The position numbers and the translations under genes are program-made. A DNA stretch of 64,000 bases, from positions 518,625-582,624 of the forward strand of contig CAWBJP010000003.1 of assembly GCA_963789165.1 (NCBI GenBank). Direction: 5' to 3'. Positions 53,025-63,171 of this stretch are shown here, in pieces (the stretch's first letter is position 1; each line of letters begins with the position of its first letter). Source of the DNA: an uncultured Actinomycetes bacterium (GTDB lineage Bacteria; Actinomycetota; Acidimicrobiia; IMCC26256; BP-133). The notes under the pieces were generated by a model, which was not told the DNA's origin, searched no databases, and worked only from the letters and a program-made list of their open reading frames with translations.

Positions 53025-54416
53025 ATGACGCTCCATCTCGACGGGGGTGGTTCCCTGCCTATCGCGGCGGGAACCTCGACTGCGGTCAGCGCCAGCCTGC
53101 GGACCATCGACGGCCGCGCCGTCGCCTTCTTCCGGCTCGAGGGCGGCAAGCACCGCGGCGCGGTCGGGCCCCCCGAGGGGATCGTGCTGGAGCGCATCGT
53201 GGGCCGGGCCGTCGAGCTCGGGCTCCCGCTGGTGGGCGTCCTGTCCACCTCGGGGGCGGACATCCACGAGGGCGTCGCCTCCCTCCACGCCTGGGGTCGG
53301 GTGGCGCGCGCCGTGGCGCAGGCCTCGGGCGCAGTTCCGGTCGTCTTCGCCGTCATCGGGCCCTGCACCTCGGGACCGGCCCTGCTCCTCGGCGTGGCCG
53401 ACCACGTGGTGATGACCCCCGATGCCTTCGCCTACGTCAGTGGCCCCGAAGCGGTGGCCGAATTCACCGGGGTGGCCATGGACCGGCTGACCCTGGGCGG
53501 CGGCGCGGTCCACGACAGCCGGACGGGTGTCGCCTCCCTGATCGCGGCGGACGAGGAAGACGCCCTGCTGGCCGTGGCCGACCTGCTCGCCTACCTGCCC
53601 TCCCACCATCTCGAGGATCCGCCCGCCGAGGCCACCCACGACCCTCTGGACCGGCCCTGCCGGCGGGCGGCGGAAGCGGTCCCCGAAGACGGGCGCGCCT
53701 CCTACGACGTGCGCACGGTGGTGGCCGACGTCATCGACGCCGGCACCTTCCTGGAGGTCCGGGCCCGCTACGCCCCCAACATGGTCACCGGCTACGGCCG
53801 CCTCGGCGGCCGGGCGGTGGCGATCATCGCCAACCAGCCCCAGGAGCGGGCCGGCACGCTCGACATCGAGGCCTCCCGCAAGGCGGCCCGCTTCGTGCAG
53901 TGCGCCGACGCCTTCAACACCCCGATCCTCACCTTCGTCGACACCCCCGGCTTCGAGCCGGGCAAGGACCTCGAGTGGCGGGGCATGATCCGCCACGGCG
54001 CCGAGCTGGTCCACGCCTACGCCGTCGCCACCGTGCCCCGGGTCTGCCTCGTCCTGCGCAAGGCCTACGGCGGGGCCTACATCGTCATGGACTCCAAGGA
54101 GCTGGGCAACGACGCCGCCTTCGCCTGGCCCAGCGCCGAGATCGCGGTCATGGGAGCCAAGGGCGCGGTCCAGGTGCTCTTCGGCAAGCGCCTGGCCGCC
54201 AACGGGAGCGAGTCGGAGCGGGACGAGCTGCGGGCCGGCCTCGAAGCCGACTACGAGGCCCGCTTCTGCACGCCGGTGCTGGCCGCCGAGCGGGGCCTGG
54301 TCGACGACATCATCGACCCCCTCGACACCCGCCGGGTGCTCGGTGGAGCGTTGGCCGGCCTGGCCAGCAAGCGGGAGCGCAACGTCACCCGCAAGCACAG
54401 CATCTCCCCCTGTTGA
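53025..54416 (+). CDS. Acyl-CoA carboxylase carboxyltransferase (beta) subunit, AccD6-like position in the FAS-II operon
   Basis: GGKHRGAVGPPEG...LPLVGVLSTSGADIHEG...; C-terminal half ANQPQERAGTLDIEASRKAARFVQCADAFNTPILTFVDTPGF. Confidence 0.88.
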   Translation: MTLHLDGGGSLPIAAGTSTAVSASLRTIDGRAVAFFRLEGGKHRGAVGPPEGIVLERIVGRAVELGLPLVGVLSTSGADIHEGVASLHAWGRVARAVAQASGAVPVVFAVIGPCTSGPALLLGVADHVVMTPDAFAYVSGPEAVAEFTGVAMDRLTLGGGAVHDSRTGVASLIAADEEDALLAVADLLAYLPSHHLEDPPAEATHDPLDRPCRRAAEAVPEDGRASYDVRTVVADVIDAGTFLEVRARYAPNMVTGYGRLGGRAVAIIANQPQERAGTLDIEASRKAARFVQCADAFNTPILTFVDTPGFEPGKDLEWRGMIRHGAELVHAYAVATVPRVCLVLRKAYGGAYIVMDSKELGNDAAFAWPSAEIAVMGAKGAVQVLFGKRLAANGSESERDELRAGLEADYEARFCTPVLAAERGLVDDIIDPLDTRRVLGGALAGLASKRERNVTRKHSISPC

Positions 54417-54439
54417 CGCCTGAGGTTCCGGAGGGTTCC

Positions 54440-55207
54440 ATGCTCCTCGACGGCAAGCGCATTCTCATCACCGGCGTCCTCACCGACGACTCCATCGCCT
54501 TCTCGGTGGCCCGGGTGGCCCAGGAGCAGGGCGCCGAGATCCTCCTCACCTCCTTCGGACGGGCCATGAGCCTCACCCGCCGGACGGCCCGCCGCCTCCC
54601 GGCGGAACCCGAAGTGCTCGAGCTGGACGTCACCAACCCCGAGCAGATCGATGCGCTGGGAGAGGAACTCAACCGCCGCTGGGGACGCCTCGACGGGGTG
54701 CTCCACGCCATCGGCTTCGCTCCCGAGTCCTGCCTGGGCGGCGACTTCCTCGGAGCGTCGTGGAACGACGTGGCCACGACGCTCCACGTCTCGGCCTACT
54801 CCCTCAAGGCGCTGGCCGATCTGGCCCTCCCGCTCATGAAGGAGGCGGGGGGCTCCATCGTGGGCCTCGACTTCGACGCCACCGTGGCCTGGCCGGCCTA
54901 CGACTGGATGGGCGTGGCCAAGGCCGCCCTCGAGTCGACGTCCCGCTACCTGGCCCGCGATCTCGGTTCCGCTGGCATCCGGGTCAACCTGGTGGCCGCC
55001 GGCCCGGTGCGCACCGTGGCCGCCCGCTCCATCGCCGGCTTCAACCGCTTCGAGGAGGTCTGGGCCCCCCGGGCGCCGCTGGGCTGGGACGTGAACAACG
55101 CCGAGCCGGTGGCCCGGGCCTGCGTCGCCCTGTTCTCCGACTGGTTCCCCGCCACCACCGGCGAGATCATCCACGTCGACGGCGGCTACCACGCCCTGGG
55201 GGCGTAG
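54440..55207 (+). CDS. fabI: Enoyl-ACP reductase (FabI/InhA type)
   Basis: MLLDGKRILITGVLTDDSIAFSVARVAQEQGAEILLT...YDWMGVAKAALES...GEIIHVDGGYHALG. Confidence 0.9.
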   Translation: MLLDGKRILITGVLTDDSIAFSVARVAQEQGAEILLTSFGRAMSLTRRTARRLPAEPEVLELDVTNPEQIDALGEELNRRWGRLDGVLHAIGFAPESCLGGDFLGASWNDVATTLHVSAYSLKALADLALPLMKEAGGSIVGLDFDATVAWPAYDWMGVAKAALESTSRYLARDLGSAGIRVNLVAAGPVRTVAARSIAGFNRFEEVWAPRAPLGWDVNNAEPVARACVALFSDWFPATTGEIIHVDGGYHALGA

Positions 55208-55250
55208 CAGCCGCCGTCGGCGACGTTCGATCGGGAAAGCCGGCGAGCAG

Positions 55251-57521
55251 TTAGTTCACGTGGACGAAGATGTCCTGGCCGCTCGTGCCGGGGTCCTCGG
55301 GGAACAGGTTGGTGGCCTTGGAGTCGAAGGCGACGAACCGGCCGTCCATGCTGATGGCCGGGCTGAAGCTCTCGTCGTTGCCCAACACTCCGGCGCTGGA
55401 CACGCTGGCCAGCCTGATGGTCCCGGTCAGGCGGTCGTAGACGTAGATGTCCGGACACGAGGGACCGCTGGCGACCGCGGGGCAGGTGTTGGTGTCGCCG
55501 TCGACGAGGTCGCCGGCCGCGGACCAGTAGGTGACGTAGCGGCCGTCGGCGCTGATCGACGAGTCGTGGCTCTCGCCGTTGGCCTGGGCGCCGGCCTTGC
55601 TGGTGCTGGCCCGGCTCACGGTGCCGGTCGAGAGGTCCTTCACGTATACGTCGTCGGTTCCGTTGTCCCCGTTGCCGAAGCTGGCTCCGGAGTCGAAGGA
55701 GACGAAGTTCCCGTTGGCGCTGATGGAGGGGCTGAGTGAAGGCCCGTTGGCCTCGGCGCCGTTGCTGTTCACGCTGACCCGGGTCGTCTGGCCGGTGTTC
55801 AGGTCGTGGAGGAAGACGTCCCAGTTGGTGTTGCCGTCGCCGGACACGAGGTTGCTCGCTTCGGACTGGAAAGCGATCTTGTGACCGTCGGTGCTGAGGG
55901 AGGGCCGGTTGCTGGGACCGTTGCCCTGGCCGCCACCCGAGGCGATGCTGACCCGGGTCGTCCGCTGGGTCGCCATGGAGTAGACGAACACATCCTCCAC
56001 GTTGTTGGTGTCCCCGGTGCCCACCGGGCCGACCCCGCCCGCCAGGTTCGTGGCGTCGGATTCAAAGGCGACGTAGAGGCCGTCCCTGCTCATGACCGGG
56101 CGCTCGCTGGCCCCGTTGCCCTGGACACCGCTCGACGTGACGCTCACCCGGATGGTGGAGCCGCTCGTGCGGTCCCAGACGAAGGCGTCGGCGACGCCGT
56201 TGGTGTCGCCCTCGACCAGGTTGGTCGCCGTCGACCAGAAGGCCACGAACCGACCGTCGGCGGACAGGGTGGGCCGCTGGCTGGCGCCATCGGGTGCACC
56301 GCCCGCCACCGACTTCGTGACCCGGACGGTGGTTCCGCCCACACGGTCGTAGACGTAGACGTCGCGCACCTCGTCGGTCTCGACCACTCCGGCGATGTTC
56401 CGCTTGCCGGCCGAGTCGTACGCCAGGTAGCGGCCGTCTCCGCTCATCCAGGGCCGGAAGCTCTCCGAGCCCCGCTGGCGAACCGTGGTCCCCGAGGGAC
56501 CCCACTCGACCGGCGGGCCCGCAGGGCCGGTTGTCGGCGGCGTGGTGGTGGGCGGAGCGGTGGTCGGGGTCGTCCCGCCGGTGGTCGGAGAGGTCCCACT
56601 CGGGCCGGTGGGAGCGGGCCCGGTCGGTCCGCCCGGAGTGGGCAGGGCCGGAGCATTGAGGCTGACGCCGGCCATGCCGACGATGGGCTGGTTGAGCCGG
56701 ACGTCACCGGTGGAGCCGTGGAAGGCGGCGTCGCCGAAGGAGAAGATCCCGCCGTCGGAGGCCACCAGCCAGTAGCCGTTGCCGCTCGGGGAGGCCGACA
56801 TGCCCACCACCGGGAGGGCGAGGGGCCGCCCGCCCATCGAACCGAAGAACTTGGCGTCGCCGTAGGCGTACACGGCGCCGTCGGAGGCGACCAGCCAGTA
56901 GCCGTTGCCGCTGGGGGTGGAGGCCATGCCGACGATCGGGAAGCGAGGCGGGGTCTTGGCCGTGGAGCCCCAGAACTTGGCGTCGCCGAACACGAACATG
57001 CCTCCGTCGGCGGCCACGAACCAGTAGCCCTTCCCGGTGGGAGTGGCGGCCATGCCCACGATGGGCTTGTTGAGACGCAGGCTGCCCGTCGAGCCGTAGA
57101 AGTTGGCGTCGCCGAAGGAGAAGATGCCGCCGTCGGCGGCCACGAACCAGTAGCCGTTGCCGCTGGGCGTCGGCGCCATACCCACGATCGGCTTGTTGAG
57201 GGGCTTCCCACCCATCGAGCCTCGGAAGGCGGCGTCGCCGAAAGAGAAGATGCCGCCGTCGGAGGCGACGAACCAGTAGCCCCTCCCGCTGCGTGTGGGA
57301 GCCATGCCCACGATCGGCTTGTTGAGGCGCTTGTCGCCCATGGAGCCGTAGAAGCCGGCGTCGTCGAAGGTGAAGATGCCGCCGTCGGCGGCTACGAACC
57401 AGTAGCCGCGGGTGGGCGTGCCGGCCGCATTGGCGCCCGTACCGGGCACCAGGGGGACGACAGCGAGCAGAACGGCGGCCAGCACGGCCAACCGGCCGGC
57501 ACGGGCTCGGAAATGCCTCAT
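55251..57521 (-). CDS. Secreted protein: ~9-10 tandem 42-aa GYWFVA-DGGIF-FGDA-F-GS repeats + Pro/Thr linker + PD40/TolB-like beta-propeller repeats
   Basis: Signal peptide LAVLAAVLLAVVPLVPGTGANA. Repeats such as GYWFVAADGGIFSFGDANFYGSTGSLRLNKPIVGMAATPTGK. C-terminal SADGRFVAFWSTATNLVEGDTNGVADAFVWD-type repeats. Confidence 0.8.
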   Translation of the reverse strand: MRHFRARAGRLAVLAAVLLAVVPLVPGTGANAAGTPTRGYWFVAADGGIFTFDDAGFYGSMGDKRLNKPIVGMAPTRSGRGYWFVASDGGIFSFGDAAFRGSMGGKPLNKPIVGMAPTPSGNGYWFVAADGGIFSFGDANFYGSTGSLRLNKPIVGMAATPTGKGYWFVAADGGMFVFGDAKFWGSTAKTPPRFPIVGMASTPSGNGYWLVASDGAVYAYGDAKFFGSMGGRPLALPVVGMSASPSGNGYWLVASDGGIFSFGDAAFHGSTGDVRLNQPIVGMAGVSLNAPALPTPGGPTGPAPTGPSGTSPTTGGTTPTTAPPTTTPPTTGPAGPPVEWGPSGTTVRQRGSESFRPWMSGDGRYLAYDSAGKRNIAGVVETDEVRDVYVYDRVGGTTVRVTKSVAGGAPDGASQRPTLSADGRFVAFWSTATNLVEGDTNGVADAFVWDRTSGSTIRVSVTSSGVQGNGASERPVMSRDGLYVAFESDATNLAGGVGPVGTGDTNNVEDVFVYSMATQRTTRVSIASGGGQGNGPSNRPSLSTDGHKIAFQSEASNLVSGDGNTNWDVFLHDLNTGQTTRVSVNSNGAEANGPSLSPSISANGNFVSFDSGASFGNGDNGTDDVYVKDLSTGTVSRASTSKAGAQANGESHDSSISADGRYVTYWSAAGDLVDGDTNTCPAVASGPSCPDIYVYDRLTGTIRLASVSSAGVLGNDESFSPAISMDGRFVAFDSKATNLFPEDPGTSGQDIFVHVN

Positions 57522-57552
57522 CGGGGTCTTACCTCGCGCGGGGGTGAGGGGG

Positions 57553-57578
57553 ATGACTAGTCAGCGCTGACTAGTCAT
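57553..57578. promoter_or_regulatory. Perfect 26-bp palindrome (candidate operator)
   Basis: ATGACTAGTCAGC|GCTGACTAGTCAT, 32 nt upstream of the start codon at 57521. AT-richer than its surroundings. Confidence 0.4.
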
Positions 57579-57751
57579 TCCTGAGCGTAAGGAGAACCCG
57601 GGCAAAAATCAACGCAGACAGTGGTGACGTACCCACCCAAAGCGGTCAAAACCAGACATAATTTCTTGCCCGGGCTCCAGTGCCGGTGATATCGGCGTCA
57701 GCCACCGATCCCACCAGCTCAGTAGTACGACCCCGGGGTCCCGCGGACCTT

Positions 57752-58243
57752 TCAGTCCGGAGCCAGAGCGTTCGAAGCCATGGGCGTGGTGGAGCTCGTC
57801 GTGGGCGCCGCCGGGTCGGCAGGTGGGGCCGGAGCCGTCGCCTCCCCTTCGCAGTTGACCGTGCGCTCGGCGTCACAGGCGTCCTCGCCGGGACCGCCGT
57901 TGGCCCGGTCGAATCCGTCACCGCCGGTGATCTTGTCGGCGCCGCCCATACCGCACACGCGGTCGTCACCCGCGTCGGCGCTGATGACGTCATCGCCCTC
58001 GGTGCCGACGATGATGTCGTTGCCCGCCGTGCCGGCGATGGTGCCGTCGCCCGGGGTGGCGTCGGCGTCTCCGATGATGGTCGCCGGCGCGCCCAGGCAC
58101 TGCGGAGGTTCCTGCCCCAGTACCTGCGGCGAGGCGAGGACGAAGAGGCCGGCCACAGATCCGAGCAGCAGCAGTCCGACCAGGGAAGAGCGCTTGGCGA
58201 TGTTCGACACGTTGCCTCCTGATGATCGAGAGGTTCGTGACAA
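57752..58243 (-). CDS. Secreted calcium-binding (RTX/hemolysin-type GGxGxD-like) repeat protein
   Basis: Signal/TM SLVGLLLLGSVAGLFVLA, then GTAGNDIIVGTEGDDVISADAGDDRVCGMGGADKITGGDGFDRANGGPGED. Confidence 0.6.
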   Translation of the reverse strand: MSRTSRSSGGNVSNIAKRSSLVGLLLLGSVAGLFVLASPQVLGQEPPQCLGAPATIIGDADATPGDGTIAGTAGNDIIVGTEGDDVISADAGDDRVCGMGGADKITGGDGFDRANGGPGEDACDAERTVNCEGEATAPAPPADPAAPTTSSTTPMASNALAPD

Positions 58244-58278
58244 TTATCGACGCTCCCGCGGCCCGAGCGGGGGATGCA

Positions 58279-58740
58279 TCAGCCCGACAGGGCCTTCATG
58301 GCCTTGGGCACCGTGTCCTTGGGGCTGACCTTGTAGAGGGTCTCGGCGATGCGGCCCTCCTCGTCGATGACGAAGGCCGAGCGGATGATCCCCATGTACT
58401 TCTTGCCGTACATGGAACGCTCGCCCCAGGCTCCGTAGGCCTCGGCCACGGCGTGGTCGGGATCCGACAGCAGGGGGAACCCGAGGTCGTACTTGGCGTC
58501 GAAACGGGACTGGGCCGCCGGCTTGTCGGGACTGATGCCCACCACCACGGCGCCCGCCGCGTCAAGGTCCGGGCGGGCGTCCCGCAGCGAGCAGGCCTGG
58601 GTGGTGCAGCCCGGCGTGTCGGCCCGGGGATAGAAGTACACCACCACCCGCCGGCCTCTCAGGTCGGCGAGACGGACCGCCTCGCCGGCCTGGTCCGGGA
58701 GGACGAAATCGGGAGCCGGGTCCCCAACTTTGAGGGTCAT
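58279..58740 (-). CDS. bcp: Thioredoxin-dependent thiol peroxidase (Bcp peroxiredoxin)
   Basis: VGDPAPDFVLPDQAGEAVRLADLRGRRVVVYFYPRADTPGCTTQAC. Confidence 0.9.
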   Translation of the reverse strand: MTLKVGDPAPDFVLPDQAGEAVRLADLRGRRVVVYFYPRADTPGCTTQACSLRDARPDLDAAGAVVVGISPDKPAAQSRFDAKYDLGFPLLSDPDHAVAEAYGAWGERSMYGKKYMGIIRSAFVIDEEGRIAETLYKVSPKDTVPKAMKALSG

Positions 58741-58860
58741 AAAACGTCCTTTCCTCTGCTTCGGGGCGACACCCCTGTGCCCCCCGGGACGTGGAACGGC
58801 GTCACCCTACCGACGGGGTGTGACGGAAACCGGCTGACGGGGCACCACTAGCATCGGCCG

Positions 58861-60426
58861 ATGCCCGACCGCACCCTTGTTCTCCACGCGTCCGCGGCGG
58901 ACGTGCGGCGGGCGGCGGAGACGGCCCTGTCGGCCCGGGCCACGGCCGACGGCGGCCTGGCCGGCGAGGTGCCGTTCTCGAGCGGCGAGCCGGTGCCCCT
59001 GGCCATCCTGGTGGGCCCGGCGCCCGCCGGCGGCACCGAGGTCCAACTGGTGGCGCCCGACCCGCCGGCGATCCCTTACTTCGGCTGGTTCGTCCGTCCC
59101 ATCGTCCGGTCCGCCCACCGCCGGGCCGTGGCCCATGCCGCCGCCGCTCTGATGGCGACGCTGGCTGGCGACCCGGTCCCCAACCCGCCCCGGCGGCCGG
59201 CGCTGGCTCCACCCGCCGACTTCGACCGGGTTCAGGGGACGCTGCTGGCCACCGTGTGCGCCGTGGCCTGCGTGGCCACCTTCGGCGGTTCGCTCCTCTC
59301 CCAGCACGTCGACTACGTCGGCCGGTCCTTCGGCGCCTCCGACCGGGCGCTGGGTGCCACGCTCGCCTTCTCCCGCACCGGCATCCTCATCGCCCTGGTC
59401 GCCACCGCCCTGGCCGACCGGAGGGGCCGGCGCCGGCTCCTGCTCATCTCCTTCGCCGGCGTGTGCGTGGCCAACGCGGTGGCCGCCCTGGCCCCCAACC
59501 TGGCCGTGTTCACGGTGGGTCAGGTCCTCATGCGGGGCTTCGTCAACACCGCCCTCACCGTGGCCACCGTGGCCGCCATCGAGGAGGCGCCCGAGGGCGC
59601 GCGGGCCTACTCGCTCGCCCTCCTGGGTCTGGCCGGAGGGTTCGGCTACGCGGTAGGCGTCACGCTCCTGCCCGTCGCCGACCTGGCTGACGAGGCGTGG
59701 AGGGCGTCCTTCGCCCTCTCCGCCGCCTCGCTCGTGTTCCTTCCCGGCTTCGCCCGCCACCTGGCCGAGACCACCCGCTACACCGACCTGGCGGCCCGAG
59801 GGGCGCAACGGGGCCGGATCGGCGAGGTCTTCGACGAACGCTACGGGGAGCGCTTCGGCGTACTGGTGGCGGCGACGTTCCTCTTCGGCCTGTTCGCGGC
59901 CTCGTCATCCCAGTTCACCAACCGCTACCTGGCCCGCGACCGCGGGTTCTCCGGGTTCGACATCACCGTCCTGCGCGCCGTCACCCAGGGCCTCCCCGGC
60001 GTGGCCGGAATCATCCTCGGCGGCCGGCTGGCCGAGACCAAGGGACGCCGACCGGTGGCCGCCATCGCCCTCTTCTTCGGCACCCTGGCCCAGATGGGGT
60101 TCTTCCTCGTCGGCGGTCCCACCATGTGGTTGGCCTCGGCGGTAGCCATCGTCCTGGCCGGCGTCGCCGCCCCCGCGCTGGGCGCCTTCTCCGGCGAACT
60201 GTTCCCCACTGAGATCCGGGGTACCGCCAACGCCTTCCTGCTGGTGGCCGGCGTTCTCGGCTCGGCCCTGGGTCTGGTGATCTCGGGCATCTTGTCCGAC
60301 AGCTGGGGCCTCGGTCCGGCCATCGCCGTCCTGGGAATACCGTCGGCGCTGGCCTGCGGCCTGTTGCTCCGCCTCCCCGAGCCGGCCGCCCACACCCTCG
60401 AAGAAGTCAGCCCGTCAGAGGTCTGA
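58861..60426 (+). CDS. MFS transporter with a ~120-aa N-terminal cytoplasmic extension
   Basis: Twelve hydrophobic segments. MFS loop motifs LADRRGRRRLL and GGRLAETKGRRP. Confidence 0.8.
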   Translation: MPDRTLVLHASAADVRRAAETALSARATADGGLAGEVPFSSGEPVPLAILVGPAPAGGTEVQLVAPDPPAIPYFGWFVRPIVRSAHRRAVAHAAAALMATLAGDPVPNPPRRPALAPPADFDRVQGTLLATVCAVACVATFGGSLLSQHVDYVGRSFGASDRALGATLAFSRTGILIALVATALADRRGRRRLLLISFAGVCVANAVAALAPNLAVFTVGQVLMRGFVNTALTVATVAAIEEAPEGARAYSLALLGLAGGFGYAVGVTLLPVADLADEAWRASFALSAASLVFLPGFARHLAETTRYTDLAARGAQRGRIGEVFDERYGERFGVLVAATFLFGLFAASSSQFTNRYLARDRGFSGFDITVLRAVTQGLPGVAGIILGGRLAETKGRRPVAAIALFFGTLAQMGFFLVGGPTMWLASAVAIVLAGVAAPALGAFSGELFPTEIRGTANAFLLVAGVLGSALGLVISGILSDSWGLGPAIAVLGIPSALACGLLLRLPEPAAHTLEEVSPSEV

Positions 60427-60727
60427 GGACCCTCGTCCTCCGCGGTCGGCTTCACTGAAATCAAAGGCCGCAATGAAGGGAGGCGACGGGCGCGTTCCGG
60501 TCCGCACTGACGTTGCCGGTGTTATCGGTTGAGGTTTGTGGGGCCCCCAACCTCGAACCGGCGTTTCTCAGGCCCTATATGCGGCGGTGAGAAACGCCGG
60601 TTGCGGACGGGGCGGGCAGCCGGGACGAGACGAAGCGGCGGCGGGGCTATCGACGTCACCTCCTTCGTTGCCGCCTTTGAAACGTGCCCCGGCGCGGCGC
60701 AACCGCATGGTGACGCTGACCGCCGCG

Positions 60728-61462
60728 CTACGGCTTGCGGCGGTCCTTGAGGCTCCAGGACCGGCGCCACGCCGAGGCGTCGGGGCCGGTGAGGGCGGGC
60801 GAGGTGCCGGCCGCCGCCCGCTGCCGGGCGGTCCACCAGTCGCTGCGACGCTCGTCGGCCAGCGTGACCACCGCCGCCTCCAGACGGGCGGCCAGCTTGC
60901 GGGCGTCCTCCCCCGGCTCCGCTGTCATCGGCACCCCGAAGGTGACCGACACCGACGCGCCGGTCCGAGGGAGGCGCCGGCCCTTGGGCCACACCTCCCA
61001 GGTTCCCTCCAGGTACACGGGCACCACGGGGACGCCGGTCCGGACCGACAGATAGGCGGCGCCGCCCCGGAAGTCCTGGCCCCACCCGTCAGGGCTGCGC
61101 CCGCCCTCGGGGAAGATGACCAGGCTCCAGCCCTCGTCCACCAGGGCGGCGGTCACGTCGGCTGAGCGGCGGTTGACCTTCTGGCGCTCGACCGGCACCG
61201 CCCCGAAGGCCAGGGCGTGGAGCGTCCCCTTGGCCCGGCTGGAGAAGAAGTAGTCGGCCGCCGCGGCCACCACCGCCCGGTGCCGGAAGCGCTCGGGCAG
61301 GACGGACAGCAGCAGGCCGGTGTCCAGATGGCTCCGGTGGTTGGCGGCAAAGATGGCCGGCGCCGGGAGGCCGTCCAGGCGCTCGCGCCCGTCCACCTCG
61401 GGGCTGGCCACCGCGTGGACGGCGGGGCGGATCACGAAGTCGACGAGACCGGCCCGGGCCAA
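60728..61462 (-). CDS. Lysophospholipid / 1-acyl-glycerol-3-phosphate acyltransferase (PlsC family)
   Basis: HxxxxD block FAANHRSHLD and the FPEGGRSPDG block. Start uncertain (TTG 61462). Confidence 0.8.
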   Translation of the reverse strand: MARAGLVDFVIRPAVHAVASPEVDGRERLDGLPAPAIFAANHRSHLDTGLLLSVLPERFRHRAVVAAAADYFFSSRAKGTLHALAFGAVPVERQKVNRRSADVTAALVDEGWSLVIFPEGGRSPDGWGQDFRGGAAYLSVRTGVPVVPVYLEGTWEVWPKGRRLPRTGASVSVTFGVPMTAEPGEDARKLAARLEAAVVTLADERRSDWWTARQRAAAGTSPALTGPDASAWRRSWSLKDRRKP

Positions 61463-61588
61463 CCGGGCGCCCGGGCTGCGGGCCCAAGCGGTGTCGAAAT
61501 CGGCGCCGGTGCCGCGAGACCACCGGCGGCCGGGTCACGGTTCCGGGCCACGTCGGCGCCCCCAGCGGGAACTTCAACGCCGGCCGCT

Positions 61589-63171
61589 TCACGTCACGTC
61601 GGCCATGAGCAGCGGCGGAGAGTGCATGTGGGTGATGGTCGGGTCCCGGCCCACCGTGTCCTCCGCCATCTCCAGGGCGTCGCGCAGGGTGGAGGCGGGC
61701 TTGAAGCCCATGCGTCGCACGGCCCGGGGGTCACCGCCTACCACGATGACGCTCCCGAGATGCTGGAGGGCGTGCGCCCCCCAGTACCACATGTAGAAGG
61801 GGTGGACCCCGTGGTAGGCGTAGGAGCGGCGGTACAGGTGGACGTACCAGGGGTCGGTGGCGAAGTCCTCCTCGAACTTGGCCTCGATCTCCACCGGGTC
61901 GGTGGTCTCGGTCAGCACCTGCTCGAAGAAGTCGAGGTAGCTGGGATGGTGCACGGGGTGGAACTCCCAGGGCGTGGGGTGGGCCATGATCAGCACGCCG
62001 CCCCGGCGCACCAGGGGCTTACCCCGGTACAGGTTGAAGAAGTAGCCGAGGCCCAGGCACATGACCAGGATCGGGTTCATGATCGAGTTGACGTTGTAGG
62101 GGCAGATGTAGGGCAGCCCCATGGTCAGGATGTCGGTCTGGCCCGACACCGGCACCAACTGGGAGCGATAGACCTCGGCCGTGCTCAACGCGTGGACCGC
62201 CTCCACCTCGCCGGCCTGCACCGAGCTCATGGCGTGAGGGGAGGAGATGCGCTGGAACATGGCCCGGGCCGCTTTGCGGGGCATCCGCTCCAGCCCCGAG
62301 GCGGCGGCCAGGTAGGCGGCCCGATCCCGGGCCGACCACTCCCACTCCCGGCGCTGGAGGAAGTCGAAGGGCTTGGGGAAGGTGTCGTTGTTGAGGGTCG
62401 TCTCGATCTGGAAGATGGGGGGCCCGTCGGCGGCCAGCAGCCGGCCCATGCGCCAGTTGGAGGAATGGAGGGCGCTGCGCTCCTGGTCCATGAACGACCG
62501 GCTGTGCTGCATGGTCCGCACGTTGTGGTGGTGCTTGAGGCTGGCGTAACCGGCCAGCCCGGTGGCCACGCTCTTATGGCCCCCGTCCATGGCCACCAGG
62601 TTGATGTTGACGTAGACCAGCAGGTCGGACGTCGCCGCCCGCTTGTTGATCTCCACCCGCTCGCCATCGTCGGTGTGGCCCACCAGGAGCATCCCGTCGG
62701 GATCCTCGGCGTCGTGGTTGTAGAGCCGCCCGTGGGGGGCGAAGGCGTCGAAGACCCGCTTGCCCACCGCGTGGCGCAGCTCGGCGTCAGTCATGCGCCG
62801 GTGCAGGGCCAGGGCGGCGATCAGCTCGACGTCGTCCACGCCGGCGGCGGCGGCCATGTCCAGGACCGCCTCGATGACCCGCTGGCGGTTGTCGGGCGCC
62901 CGCATGGGGGGCAGCGGCAGCGAGATGTCGTCGAAGGCGATGGTGAGGCGCATCCCGGGCCGCAGCAGGGCGGGCAGCGGGTCGGTGCCCACCGGGTGGA
63001 GCAGGGCGTGGCGGACGGCGCCGTCGGGGTCGGTCAGCGCCTTGGTCGGCTCGGGCGGGTAGATGACCCGGGCCCCCACCGGCAGGCGCTCGAGACCGAA
63101 GCCCTCACCGTGGTGGAACAGCACGGGAGGCGTCGAGCGGTCCACGTCGAGGACATAACCCGGCCGGGACA
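61589..63171 (-). CDS. LarA-like (DUF2088, nickel-dependent lactate-racemase family) protein
   Basis: ATG 63171 directly follows the upstream stop. ...TIAFDDISLPLPPMRAPDNRQRVIEAVL...VNINLVAMDGGHKSVATGLAGYASLKHHH... Confidence 0.75.

Noticed and set aside
52566-54398. 610-aa minus-strand ORF across fabF/accD, plus similar long antisense ORFs at 49321..50460, 50460..51467 and 54251..55192
   Set aside because: They are antisense to a tightly coupled fab operon with clear active-site motifs and have shadow-ORF composition.
55806-57560. 584-aa plus-strand ORF opposite the repeat/PD40 gene
   Set aside because: The repeat periodicity and signal peptide are present only in the minus-strand frame. 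The plus frame is Gly/Arg/Val-rich noise.
60556-60605. 15-bp-stem inverted repeat (aaccggcgtttctca…tgagaaacgccggtt) downstream of the MFS gene
   Set aside because: It is probably a simple transcription terminator or structural hairpin between convergent genes. It has a 20-nt loop and no further copies in the window.
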